Part shown: piece by piece, positions 38,274-52,364 of the stretch | Numbering within the stretch: the stretch's first letter is position 1 | Layout: each line of letters begins with the position of its first letter | NCBI GenBank assembly: GCA_000165425.1 | Contig: CT867985.1 | Span: 372,001 to 436,000, forward strand | Direction: 5' to 3' | Length of the DNA stretch: 64,000 bases | DNA from: Paramecium tetraurelia | Lineage: Eukaryota | Translations under genes and position numbers: made by a program | Notes under the pieces: generated by a model | Told to the model about the DNA's origin: nothing | The model's database searches: none | Seen by the model: the letters and a program-made list of their open reading frames with translations, nothing else

Positions 38274-39554
38274 TTTCACCTTTCTTTGACTCTTTATCTT
38301 TATCCATATTTCCAAAGTTTCTTTTTGAGTTTCATCTATATTATATTTGGTTCTCAAGATTTATATTCATTATAATCTAATAAATCCCTATAGATTTAAG
38401 AAAATCAGAAATAAACACACTGAAAACCAAAAACTTGCCCATTACCAACACCATATATAATATTGATTTTATTTGAAATTAGAAAGAATCTTTGGATTAC
38501 CAAGTATGCTATCCTTAAATTTTCAATCATCTAACCCTATGGATATTTTAGTTGAGAACAATCTTTATTAAAAATATATCTATCTTTCGATAGTAAAATA
38601 ATGTGAGCTCTTTCTATTAAAACTATAATTGTAAACTTAAGTATTGATATTTTATTTATGTATTAGAAATATTCTCAATTTTTACCTATTCTTATCATAT
38701 AATAATAAGGCAATTTAACATGGTGAAAATTATCATAAAAAAATTATCTTTTTGCTTCAATGAATAAATAAAATATTAGCAAAAATTATTTACACTACTT
38801 TGGAATCTAGTTTTTTGTAGTATAATATTTCTTATCTTACACACTAATTACTCTTATAAATTCTCTAATAATTCAAGAGTTTTATGAACCTTTAGATTCA
38901 TAGGAAAAAATAGGAGCAAATTCTTCTTAATGAAACAGTAATAGGTATCTACTTATTTCTTAAAAATTATTCTTTTATATTCTTTTAATCCAATTAATAA
39001 TTAGTACAATAAACCAAAAAATTTTTTGAATAATTACATTAACAGAATTAACTAAATCATTTGAATTTCTCATGATATATGAACACTTTCATCTAGTGAA
39101 TTGTGAGAGATGGCTTTTTAAATTTAAAAATGATGATTATGTAAATTATAATCAATCATTCCACATTAAAATTTGATATAATTATCGATTTGTTTGGAAA
39201 TGGTCGAAGCTATTGGGTTTTATCTGAACTGATAATCCTTTTTCTGAATTATTTATTTGATGATCGGTTTAGCTAATGTGACAATAAATTCACTGATTTA
39301 TATTATTAAATCAATGCAAATTCATTGAGACTTATTAGATTAAAACTGTTATCGATTTAAGGTGTGCTATTTCTCTTAAGACTAATTGAACTTATTGGCC
39401 TTGAAATAGAAAACTTTTTCGATTTTAACTATTCAATAGAATGAATAGTTGATCCCTCGTTCTCCTTTTTTCCAATAAATAATTCACTCTTATTATTGAG
39501 TGTTTTTCTTCTATTGTTTATTTGTTAGTAATATTCGTAGTAAAACCTTTTCAT
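38274..39554 (-). CDS. Hypothetical protein (3' end uncertain)
   Basis: MKRFYYEYYQQINNRRK...RPISSISLKRNSTP frame; I could not resolve the 3' exon structure. Confidence 0.45.
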
Positions 39555-40326
39555 TTATTTATTTAATTTTCAATAAATACATTTTGATAAACTGGTAATG
39601 CTCTCAACAATATATAATAAATATCTTATTATTTACACACTTTTGAGTATCTGAAAATAATTTAATATGAAAATTTTTTGATAATAAATAAGTTGATTTG
39701 AGCATTGCATATTATTATTTATAGATTCCATATTTGAAAAAAGTCTTAGAATAATAAATATTGTTTAATTTCAACATATAATACCTTATAAACCACTAAA
39801 AATAATTTAAATTAGTAAAAATTAAAACCTTAAATATTTTCCCACAACAAGCAAACAAAAAAAATAATTAGAAACCGAGAAAATAAGTAAATGAAAAAAT
39901 ATAATTAAAAAAATGCTGAACTATTAGATAGGGCTCATAAACATAAAAAATCACAATTAATAATCATCACTTATTAATTTTATGCATTCTAAGTCAGATT
40001 GCATCAGATATTTATTAAATGAGATGCGTAGAAGTTATAATGTTTATTTAATTTCTATATAACTTCTAATTTTAAACAAACATTTGGTTTTAAATAGAAA
40101 CTTTGTTCTCTTTATGATCTATTTTTACTCATTTTCTGACAGTTTATACTTAATTTAATATATTAAGGTTTCATTTTCTAGATCAGATCTTTAGAAACCA
40201 CTTAAATAAATATATAAGGATTGAGTACTGAAATATACTTGGATAATTAACACAAAAAAATCTAGTACTTTTGATTAATTAAATCTTCTTTTTAATCTAA
40301 CATCAAAACTAGAGTCTCTAAAACTA

Positions 40327-41031
40327 ATGAACTTTAACCTCCCTTGCTTTATTCCTTCATACCCTCATTAATAAACAGCTTTTGTTTATGTCCCACTCTT
40401 TTAATCTTCACCTTAATTCAATTACTATGTCCAGCTTTAACCATTTTAAACATTTGTGCCCTAAAATGAATTAATATAATAGCTTCCCCAAGTTGAAATT
40501 CCAGAGCTCAACTAAACAAGAGTAGAATAACCACAACAAAAGGAAACAGAAATTTCTTCATCTACTCCACATTAATCGGCTATAATTGATGCCAAGACTG
40601 CATAAGATAAGCCAATATAAATATAGGAAAAAAAATCAAAATCATCAAATCACTTAAACAACTAAGTTTAATTTGAAAAAGAGTCAAAGAATATACAAAA
40701 GAATTACGCTAAAGCCATTGCTGGCTTTGTTTATAAAAATAAATCATTAGCTTCAAAAATCTTAGGCAATTAAGAAGTCGATGAGTTTATTTAATTAATA
40801 AAGCTAATAAAAAACTAGATCTAAAATGTTAGTCATATTTCTCAATATACAAACAATTAAGATTTTATTAAGGCTTTTAGAATTTTAGGGTATTATTATT
40901 TGTAAATTATTTTTAGAAACTATTTCCTAAGAACAAAAAGTAATTCTTATATATTCAACTCAAGAATATTAAAAAAGAATAGCCATCTTAGACACAAAAA
41001 ATTGATCCACCATAGTCTTCTAAGATGTTGA
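40327..41031 (+). CDS. Uncharacterised ciliate family protein (KNYAKAI motif), copy A
   Basis: Low-complexity N-terminus; ESKNIQKNYAKAIAGFV...IQNVSHISQY...KAFRILG.YF...SYIFNSRI...H.RHKKLI; ends LRC*. Confidence 0.75.
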
Positions 41032-42033
41032 AATTCAATAAATAATATTCATAAATAATAATATTTCATTTATAATTATTAAATATTATTCTGGTACTTT
41101 AAGGAATTTACTTAAGTTAAATTAGTTCACGAATTGAGATTCAAATATAATTTGACAATCCTAAAATACTTTTTTTTACATTTTCTACTGCATTAATAAA
41201 ATTATTATATTTTTCATACTAATCTTGAATACCTTATAATGAATTCTTTAAATGATGTCTCTGAATGATACTGATATTTTTGTAGACCTATTAATATTAT
41301 TGTATTTATTTGAGTTTTAAAATTTTACAATAAATTTTGGAATAACATAAAAAACCAAAGAAAGAAATTTTAATATTTTCTTTAAGTCCTCTAGAAATGA
41401 GGCATAAATTCAGATAACCACCAAAAGTAATACAAAAGGGTCAGCGGCTTTGCTTAATAATTTTTAAGAATATACTATGACAAAAGTCTAATAATATGTT
41501 TCTGTTACGTACACCTTGTTTAAAAAAATACTAATGGATGTTTAGATGTTGAAATAAATAATCAGAGAAGAATTATTAGATAATAACAAGTTATTTAACT
41601 GAATATAATAAACAATTCAATTATGGAAGAGGACATTACATATATTTATTATAATGATTTTCCAGAAAGAATATAATCAAGCTGATCAGTAGATTAAGTG
41701 TTACTCATTATTCACATTCATACAAATGTTGATTTTTGTTAAGGAATAATTGAAGAAAGTGGTTCTAAAAAGTAATTTTACTAAATTTAGTTTTCATTAA
41801 AAACCGAAAATCTAGTAATTCAAAATTAAATTCAGTGAAAGGAAAATACTGCTAAGGTAGTAGAACCTACCTCACTTCTACTTAAAAAATCAATATAAAT
41901 CATATTTTTAATGAATTTTTGGAAAATAATCAAAAAATCATTATGATATTCAAAATTTTAATGAAATAAACAGAATTTTTTGAAAATTTTAATTGAACGA
42001 ATAAACCGAAATCAATTGTTTATAAATTAACAT

Positions 42034-42693
42034 ATGAATCGATGTTAATATTTATTAAATCTAATGTGGAATCAATAATTTTTACCTGCTTATAATCTTT
42101 ATGCATAACCTTAATAACCTCTTTTTTATCCTCTATACTTCATTCCTGTGCTTACTGGGAATTAAGGATAGCCTGATGGAAATTTAAGTAATTCTTTGAC
42201 AACCTAACTAACCTCATAAACTCCTTAAATTACTTCACTAGAAGCACCTTTATAACCTTCTTGTTCACTTTTGAATGAAAAATAAATTTAAGAATCTGTG
42301 GAGAGCATCGATTCAGTGGTAATGAAAAAAAAATCTAAAAATATATTACAATCAAACAGTCTTTCATAAAAATCTACAAATATTTAAAAAAATTATGCCA
42401 AAGCTATTGTCCAATACATTTTAAGACAAAGGATTGAAGTCTTAAAATATTTGGGCGAAAAGCAAGGCATAGAATTTCTAAAATTGCTCACGTAATTAAA
42501 AAATAACATAAAAAATGTTAAACATTTAATTAAGTATACCAATGACGATAAATAATAAAAATTATTTAGAATCCTATCAAATAGGTTTCTAAAGAAAGAA
42601 GCTATAGGATATGTGTATAATTCGAATATCAAATCAACAAGTCAACATATATTGTATAGACATCTAATATAACTTAATTTATAAAAGTGTTGA
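42034..42693 (+). CDS. Uncharacterised ciliate family protein (KNYAKAI motif), copy B
   Basis: KKNYAKAIVQYI...IKNVKHLIKY...KLFRILSNRFL...GYVYNSNI...HILYRHLI; ends QKC*. Confidence 0.75.
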
Positions 42694-43444
42694 GTCAAAT
42701 ATGAAATACAACCTGATTCTTATTTAATCATACGCATAATATATTATTTTTCAAATCTATTCAACCATCAAAATTCCTATCGAATATTTTTTAATTTTTC
42801 CAATATTATTCAAAAAAAATATGTTTGTTTGGTATATTTCTGATTATTGTAACTAAATATCTTAAATGGGGGATTACTAACTGTAATTTTGAATATATCT
42901 GATCGGTTTTACTAATTAATGGGCAAATATTTTATGCTTTCAAACAAAAAATATATATAGTTACTTAGATCTATATAATTTAGATAATTCCTCTTATGTA
43001 GTATCATTTGATCAATAACAACAAAAAACACTTAATCAAAATGAATTTTATTAGATGAGATTATCAAATATTAAAATATATAAGTCTAATTGTATTTAAT
43101 TATTAAATAAATGATATAAATATACTTATACTGTGATAAGGAAATGAATTTTATTTTGAGAGAGCAATTCTATTATTATGATTAAAATTGATTGTTTAAA
43201 ATTATTTTAATATATATTAAAAAATAAAGGGATTTGAAGATCAAAAATTTCAAGAGAAATTGAATGAAAATTTAATGTTTCAACTTTTTTTCCTTTATCT
43301 CTCAATGTTTTAGTGGTACTTCAATAAACTCTATATAAGATATGATATATAGAGGAGCAGATTGATCAAATAATAAACTAATATATAATTAAATAGAGAT
43401 ATGGAATAATATTTTGTTTAAATTTAAATACTCTAAATTAAAAA

Positions 43445-46034
43445 TCAAATTATAGTTTTAGAATAATCAATAACGCACTCAATATAGGATCTTGTATCAT
43501 CTAACTTATCCCATTATGATTCTAAGATCTATATTATCTTCAACAAGGTTTGTTTTAACTCTTCGTCCAATGATAAATCGATATCTTCTCTAGCTACCTA
43601 ATATGTTTGCAGTATTAAATTACTTCTATAAATCTCATCAAGTATGTGACTTTTAGATCTAAATCAGTTGTAGTTTGAAGACTTTCTTCAAATATTCTAA
43701 AAATCTTAATTTAATTCTGTGGTTTACCCATCAATATACTTCTTAATTCATAATCATATGAAGAAGGACTTAAAGTTTTGATTAAATTAATTAATTTAAC
43801 ATCCTCTTACTCGACTAAAACTTCAAATTCCGATTTCAATTCAGCTAAATAATGATCTTTCTTTTATTTTAAAATTTTAGTTTTTTCCTTTACTTATTCC
43901 TTAATTTCATTTAACATATTCTATTTTTCAACATCAGTATTTCTGAAATCCAAAAAGAATGGCATTTTTACATCAGCATCAGCAAGCTTGACTCTATTTC
44001 TTTCCCTAATTTAATCAATGTTTTGTATAGGAACCCATCTTCCTTCTTCTAAAGTTGTGAAACTAATAAATTCTTTATTATTAGATGAGTCGTTAATTAG
44101 CAATTTCTCTTTGGAATCTTTTTCTTCTTCCATCTTTTAAGCCAATTTAATCTGATTACCATATAAAATTGATCTATAATCCTTTGATTTTATAGAGAGG
44201 TCAGAATGAAAATTAATATGACATTTTAATTTTGCCTTTGCAATTTGTTAAGGATTATTTAGGTTACTCATCCAAACATTGACTTGTCTTGAATTGAGAA
44301 ATACTCCTATTAATTGATTTTCTGAAACGTCTATTGAAATGAGAGCCTTGTTGATAGAAATTTCTTAGACTAAATTTCCGTAAATTAAATTCCAAATCTT
44401 AATCTTCTTATCAAGAGATGTTGATATGAAATGTTAATTATTTATAGTCATAGCCATATCCAAAATCTATTGATAATATATATTAATCTACTTTTTCATT
44501 ATGACCTTCAAATGATCGAATAATTTTCATGGCTGAATAATCAATTGCTAAAATTTTATGATTTTGCAAGGATAAAACAGCAATTTAAGTTGATTGTGAT
44601 CCAATAATCTTTGTAACGTTTGATTCAATCATTAAGGTTTTTAAGTTTTAACCAGAGACAAAATCCAATTACTCAATTTAACCCTCTTCAGCAACAATCA
44701 AGAATATATTAGATGGATCTATGTACATTTACAAGAAATTTGATTATAAATTCTACAATTTAAAACAATAAATTTACATATGACATCTAATAAAATCCAC
44801 TCTGCATTATGAACTTATGAATCTTATTAAGGTTTGCAATAAATCCATAGTTTCCACATTTAGAAACAAAGGTTTGTAATATCCTTTCGTGACTAGTTAG
44901 TCCATTCACTTTTGTGGTTAGTTTTTTTTAATAGGTATTCCAAAATTCAACATAATTTGAACTATTTGTTGTCAACATATTAGCCCAATCATTTTCTCTC
45001 AAAGTAGAAAAAGAAAAATTCCTTATTTATCCTTATTTTATAGCTGTAAGGTTTTGGTTTACAATTGATTAGTAGAGTATCTCATCTTTTGTTATTGCAA
45101 CATAATTAATTTATGGTTCTCCCAATTATCCATAAAAATGGCATTATTCAATATTTTATTTGACACCTTGCCTTTCCCTTATTAACTACATCATTTTATG
45201 TTCTTCGATTGTATATTGTTGAATACTATTTCCTTATTAGGAACCTATCACTAAATTATTATTTGCCAAAAACAAAACCCAATCAATTAAGTGTTCGTGC
45301 TTAAATGTATATATTAGTTCTTGTGAGTTTAGATTGTATAAAATTAAGGATTTGTCTTAGACAACACTCATAATGGGAATACTTCCAGATTTATTGAATT
45401 GAATATCTTTGATTTGGGACAATCCCAATTCATATTGAGTAATGACTTCATATGTCATTAAGTTGAAAAATATAATTTCACTTGGATTTTGAGTGGCAAT
45501 GGCCACTATATCTAATGCTTATGTTTCCTTAATTAAATGAATTGTTTATTCTTATTTATTGAAAATGGATTATTAAAATATTGTTGTTACGATGCTGAGA
45601 GAAACTATGTTAATTATTTTGATGTATTGGGAGGTGTACAAAAGAATTTTATTTAAATATGTGGGAATGTGAAGAATACCTTTAATACCTTAAAAGCTCA
45701 TCACATTATCATTTATATGTAATTTATGTTTTGTGGCTATTATCTTGATTGGGTGAAATACTAAAATTTATTCAATTTTGTCATCGTATTCCTTTTCATC
45801 TATTACATTTCTTTTAATTGTATAAACTTTCTTTCCACATCCTACATACATGAATTCATTCTAGCAATACATTGCTCTTATTTTTTAATTAAAAATGATG
45901 CCGTCTAATATATATTTCAAATCAGGAATAGAGTAGATACGATAATTGTATTTGTTTGCTACTATCAAATTCTGATTCATAATTGGTTTAATGCTTGAGA
46001 GATCTAAACCACTAAATTTTTCAGGAATAATCAT
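43445..46034 (-). CDS. UTP21: U3 snoRNP WD40 protein UTP21/WDR36
   Basis: WD40 repeats plus Utp21 C-terminus: RWVPIQNIDQIRERNR...MPFFL and LSPSSYDYELR. Confidence 0.85.
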
Positions 46035-46387
46035 TTAATTAATTTTTAATTTATAAACAATTCTTTACATAATTTTAACTAAAATTTATATAATATTAAA
46101 CACCCTCATTAAAAATGTAGATAAACAACTATTTTCATATGAAATCCTCTATTTATAAATTTATCATATGGAAATGTTTATTCATCCACTCTACCCTTAT
46201 TTTCTTAATTGAGTTTATTTATATATCAAAAATACATTACAAAGGTTTTTATAATAATTTTGGAATAAATAAATAAAATCTGCAAATGCTTTTAGATGAT
46301 GAAAGTGCAATGATGGCCAATCTGATTGTTTTTAAATTGTAATAATATGAAAATAATTATACTAAATATTTTAAATATTTTAGTCAG

Positions 46388-47380
46388 TCATAATTATCGA
46401 TATTTACATCTCTTTTGATACTCGACCTCATTTGTGTCTTCATTAATATTTATTGACCTTCTATTGAAATAATCTAAACAGTTTTCATCTATTTGATTCT
46501 GATTCATCCACCTCTGTTCAACATCGTAAAAATAGTAAAGGTATTCAGAATAAGAATTGTCATCTTAATCGAAAATATGGAAGTTTTAAGAATACAATCT
46601 GGCAGGAAACTTTTGACCTTGATAATTAACTATAGTCAGTTCTCCAAATGCTTAAGAAGCATTGCTTTTAAATATTTAAGCCAATGTTTAAGACCATTTA
46701 TAATTCCCATCGCCAGTAAAAGAATAGGGAATCATTCCTGTCTTAAACACGTAATCCTTAAGCATTTCTTCATTAACTCCTACCATTTAGAGATAGGCAT
46801 CATTCATTATTCTTGCTGACGTGGTGACAATTCCATTTTAATTCTTTTGTATATATAATGTAAATGGAACTTGGATGCTCCTCTCAAATTCTATAAGTTT
46901 TGATTCCGTTACTACATTGTATTTCGAAATATCTGTATTTTTGTTATGAAATTATTCGAAACTCTCAAACAATTGCTCTTCCTCTTTCATTAATATTTCC
47001 TTAATTTTCTCAAGAGATGTAAACTCCCTTTGAATTGGTTCTAAGTTAAAAATGTGATAGTTATTTTATTTGTTGTACCTAGCTACTTTGTAATTGTAGG
47101 AATGAGGATCAATATTCAAAAATCCTAGCTATTGTTCAGAATCAACAATAATAGGGAACTATATGTTAGAATTCAATCTGAAGATGATTTTTTCAGGTAC
47201 ATATTGAGGTATATTTTAAGTTATTACTAAAATTTCTTTAAGTAAAGTGACATCTACGTTACTGCCAAATTCAAAGTCTACAGAGTATTGGTTTTTACGC
47301 CTCTTTTTTTAAGCTTATTTGGATAACTGCTCACTTTTTTCTTTATTTATAGCTTTTTATATTGTCAGAAAAGATGACAT
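46388..47380 (-). CDS. Hypothetical protein, ciliate family (possible PAS-like C-terminal fold)
   Basis: NDAYLQMVGVNEEML...TIVNYQGQKFPARLYSQNF...EYLYYFYDVE. Confidence 0.65.
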
Positions 47381-47727
47381 CAGGCAATCTAAAAGTTATA
47401 ATAATTATTATCTTTTCAAAATGTAAAAGAAATCTTATAAATATCAACCAATTATGTAATTAATAATGCTTAAAATTAAAGTATTTTAATTTGTTCGAAA
47501 AGTAATAAAAAGGAAGTCTAATCCTATAATTTATTATTGTTAACAAATTATAAAATTTGTTTATTGTCATTAGAGTTTGTTTAAATTTTGGATATTAATT
47601 TATTTTAAAACATTTATATCAAAATTCTGCTTACATGAAATGGTTAGAAAATAAGATTCGTCAAATTATAGTGAAAACTCAAGAATGATAAATTGACTAT
47701 TCATGTATAAATTTAAATATAATTATA

Positions 47728-49424
47728 TCATTATGGTGCACCACCTGCTTGTTTTCCTGCTCTCATAATCTAAATGTATGATAATTAAGTTTACTTCATC
47801 AACTAATAATAATTATTAGGCTAATGTTGGTGCAATGTTTAACCAAGATCTTTTGGAACAATAATTGTCGAAAATGCCATCAGCAATTGGAGCTATAAAA
47901 CCTTATTCATTCACATTCACTCCAACTGGAATCTTATTTTTAATATATTCGTCAATAACTAAAATGAGTGTTTCTTAAACATCATATCCACAATTTTCTG
48001 CTAAAGCTTTTGGAATAACTAGTAATGAATCAGCAAATGCTTAGACTCCTAATTTAGCCTTTCCAGCAACAGAATCTTTAAACTTTTAAAGATGAACACT
48101 AGTGGCAATTTCAAAGGCACCAGCTCCAGGAACAACACATTTATCTTCAACTGCATTTTTAACAGCTCTTAATCCATCCCTAATAGCATCCTTGATTTAG
48201 GCAATAGTATGTTCATTTGGTCCTCTAATCAAAATTGTGCATGAAGTAGGATTTTATACTCCTTCAATAAAGGTATACTTCTCCTCTCCTAAGGTATATT
48301 CTCTTAACTAATTATAAAATAATATGATTACCACTTCACAATATCCAAGATCACTTTCTGACATATCTTCAACTGCATTGACTGAATTACCACCACAGGC
48401 CTTTGCAATTCTTTCCATATTTCTCTTTTTTGCTCTTCTGATACCAACAATGCCTTCTTTGGCAAACATCTCTAAACAGACTGGATCAATTCCTTTTTAA
48501 TTGATAACTGCAAATCCATAACCATTCTTCTCACACACCTTTCTCTTGAAATCAATAATTTATTGACATTTGTCATCTGTCAATTTTCTTTCAGATCTAG
48601 CTAATTTCTCTCTGTCCTCAGCTGTATTATAGAAGAATCCACTGTGAACCTATTTATTTATGTTTGATTTACTTCAGTCTTCTCATATTCCAATGAGACA
48701 TTCAAATTTAAGATGTAACATTTCTTAACAAACTTTGGCATATCTGGATGTCTTGCTCCATGATCCAACACTAATCCTCTAATCAATTCTGTTTCTGCTC
48801 CCATCTTATGTTACATATGCATGATCTCAACCATAAATAAATCTATTGGCTTCTCAGGCACTTACACAATTTAAACTGCATCGACCACTATCTCTATTAT
48901 TCTAAATATTTTCATAAGCTAATATACTAATTTGCAACATCTGGTGTCAATTTGCTATTTAAGGAAGTTCTGGCCACATTTATTAACACAGCTTTATCGA
49001 TTTACTAATATTTGAAAGAATCTAAATATGATAGGGCCTCCTTTCTTGCGAGTTCATATCCTTCTGTAATTACTCTAGGGTGAATTCCTTCAGCCAATAA
49101 TCTTTCAGCCTATTTCATTAATGCGCCAATTAACAAAACATTGCTTGTTGTACCATCACCAATAATATCATCCTATGCTGTAGCACTTCTAGCTATCATA
49201 GCTGCTGTTGGATGCTGAATTTACATTTCTGACAAAAGGACAGCACCATCTTTTGTAAGTTTTATTTATCCAGCTCCTCCCACAAGCATTTTTAAGGTAC
49301 CCTTTGGTCCTAAGTTGGATTTCATGACTTCCATTAAACCAGCTGCAGCATTTATGTTCATTGCTAATGCTTGATATTTACGTAGCACTTCAGCTTTAGA
49401 ATTGACGAATTGCACACTACTCAT
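47728..49424 (-). CDS. CCT6: T-complex protein 1 subunit zeta
   Basis: [56 protein letters not shown]. Confidence 0.98.
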
Positions 49425-49754
49425 TTTTAATCAAAAAGAAATTTAATTTTTAAGATTTTTAACAAAACATTTACTATTATCTATTTACATTAGGATTCTT
49501 TTATAGCATTAGAATAACTAATATAATATTTATTCATTTTATTTGGTATATCCATTACTTTTATGCAAATAAGGAGAGTTCTAAGTTCAAAATTCCTTAA
49601 AATAAGTAATCATAAATGATAATATTATCAATATTTCATTATCATTCTTAATATGTTCTTGATAATCATTCATATTTAGTTTGATTAAAACAATGAAATG
49701 TTAATTTTCTACTTAATATATATATAAAAATATATAATATTTATTAATTAAATT

Positions 49755-50599
49755 ATGATATAAAAGTTTGCATAATTAGCATAACTAAAATCTATTCAAA
49801 GATTCTCTAGCATATTTGTTGCTCATAGAAATAGAGATGACAATAGTGATTCAGTACCATTTGATTTCACAGATGAAAACTACAAAAAAATCGAAGCCAT
49901 TTTAACAAAATTCCCATCGAATGAGAAAAAATCAGGCACCATACCTCTACTTATGCTTGCATAAAAATAAAATAATAACTTTTTGAGTTTATCTGCAATG
50001 AAGAAGGTTGAATGAGATTTTAATTTACTAGATTGCTAAAATTTTAGAAATCCCTGAAATGGATGTCTTTGAAACAGCATCATTTTATTCTATGTTTAAT
50101 AGAGAGAGAGTCGGAAAGTTTCATCTTTAAGTCTGTGGTACTACTCCATGCTAATTATGCGGATCTAAGGATATAATTAAAACAATTGAATAAAAATTGA
50201 ATATTAAAAATGGAGAGACAACTGCTGATGGTTTGTATACACTATAGGAAGTTGAATGCTTAGGAGCATGTGCCAATGCACCAATGATGCAAGTTAATAA
50301 TGAATGGGTATATGAAGATTTAACACCTGAAAATACTGTATATTACATTATCAATTATTTTATAGTTAAAGCTATTAGAAGATCTTAAGAATGGAACAGA
50401 TAAAAAAGGACCTTAAAATGGTAGAAAGAATGCTGAAGGTCCTTAAGGAAGAACAACTTTACAAAATATAGCAACCCAATAGGATATAAAATATGAAAGA
50501 AATTTTGAAGCAGCAAAAAAAGAATGGTTAGATCAAAAAGAGAAAGAAAGACTTGAGGCTGAGAAAAAGAAGTAAGCAGCTTAATAAGCAAAAAAATGA
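49755..50599 (+). CDS. NDUFV2: NADH dehydrogenase 24 kDa subunit
   Basis: QVCGTTPCQLCG and [17 protein letters not shown] [2Fe-2S] motifs. Confidence 0.97.
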
Positions 50600-51106
50600 T
50601 GTTTATTTATAATAAACAAAAGAGAAGAACAATAATGTTATTTTTAAAGATTCTTACTTGATTAACTCCTCAGAATTACTCACTCCTTTAGTTTTATAAT
50701 TCTTTAAAGTACAAATATATAAATAGTAAATTGAAATTTGTAGATTAAAATGGATTAAAGAATTGGTTTAGAAATTTAATTTAATTTATATCAACTATAA
50801 GATAGAATCTGATTGTTCTAATTCCTTTTTAAAGGAAGTTTGTTTTGTTCAAAAATACTACAAATTCTACAGTTTATTTAAGATTTTATTAAATTATTTC
50901 CTGGATAACAGTAAATATTTGAGAATCTAAAATTTTAATTACAATAAATTAAGGCATTCTATTCAATTTAATTTAGACTATGTTTTCATCATTTTGTTTA
51001 TAATATTAAAGACAAGACCAAAATTTTAGCTCCTCCAGGTTGATTGTATTAGTATTTTGATTGTTATTATAGAAACTTATTTAATATAAAAAAATTAAAA
51101 AACGGC

Positions 51107-52297
51107 ATGAAGAGCCTTTTATTATTGTTATTTGTTGGTGTTTTGTGTCAGAACGAAGTCGATACAGTAGAGAAATTGTTGGCTGACTTAAAGGGAGCAT
51201 CAGCTGTTGAACTTACAGCACTCAATACAGATTACACAGTTTCCAAAAATGTATTGAATGTAATAGACCTTTTTAGCTGAAAGAGAACATCATTTTTAAT
51301 TTGGGCAAAGCCATTTAAGAATAAAACTTTTTATGCGCAAGTCGAGATAAATCAGTTTCTGATAGAGAATCGGACATTGATAAAACAAATAAATTCATTG
51401 CGTATTTGTAAAGAAGACTAGTTGAAAATGCAAAAAGAGTAGAAATCCTTGACAGTAATAGGTAGCTGATACAAATATAATTTAGATGCACTCATTCAAC
51501 CAACTATATTGAGAGAGTTAAAAATGATAACATGACATTGAGACTTATAATATTTTTGAGAAATTCCCTATAAAACTTGGATAACAATTAATTAAATAGA
51601 TATGGAGCATACGTAGAGAAATTCTTGACCATGTATAAATCTGCAAAAATGTCAGAACTCGTAGAATTGGCACATGAGTTTGCTGATACAATGTTCATAG
51701 ATTGGACTTAAGTGACCCCATCCTCCTAAGGAAATATCAATACTGTTAAAGGACAATTGATTGAAATGCTTGATGATATGGAGAGATACATCAGAGAATA
51801 AATAAAAAACTCTTAAAATTTAGAAATCACAACTGGAGTCACATTGGCTGACTTTAAAGGAGCAATTGATATTGAGAACGAACAAATCAATTATGACCTA
51901 TCATCTGAAGAGAAAAATATCATTAAACTCTAAGAACAATTAGTCTAAGCTAGACTAGCTGCAGTAAATTGTAGAGAAAGAGGCGTTGCTATACAACAAT
52001 AATAATAAAGAGCAATTGAAGTATCTCTAACATAAAATATGGATAGGACTTAAAAATAGAAGAGACCTAATATAATAAAAATAAAGCTAGATTACAAGAA
52101 GAACTTAACTTATTCACTGATGTATACAGAATCTATTCTACCTAAGTTGGAACATCTGAAGACAAGTTTAAATAAAGAGTTGATGACTATGTAAATGACA
52201 AAGTAATATATTAGTTTTATTTTAGTAAGTACAATCCTATGAGAGATCAGAATATTCATTAAGTGATGCAGTAAGGAAATAAGTCTAACATGAATGA
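51107..52297 (+). CDS. Secreted coiled-coil protein, trichocyst matrix / granule lattice (TMP/GRL)-like
   Basis: Signal peptide MKSLLLLLFVGVLC; two-fold coiled-coil architecture with RCTHSTNYIERVK...LRLIIFLR. Confidence 0.65.
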
Positions 52298-52364
52298 TTC
52301 ATCAATTCAATTTAATAATATATAGATGAATAACACAGTTCAATAATTAATTTATAATATAAAT

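Noticed and set aside
46296..46325. ATGATGA...CTGA, resembling C/D snoRNA boxes
   Set aside because: The boxes span only ~30 nt, with no second box pair, terminal stem or recognisable rRNA guide.
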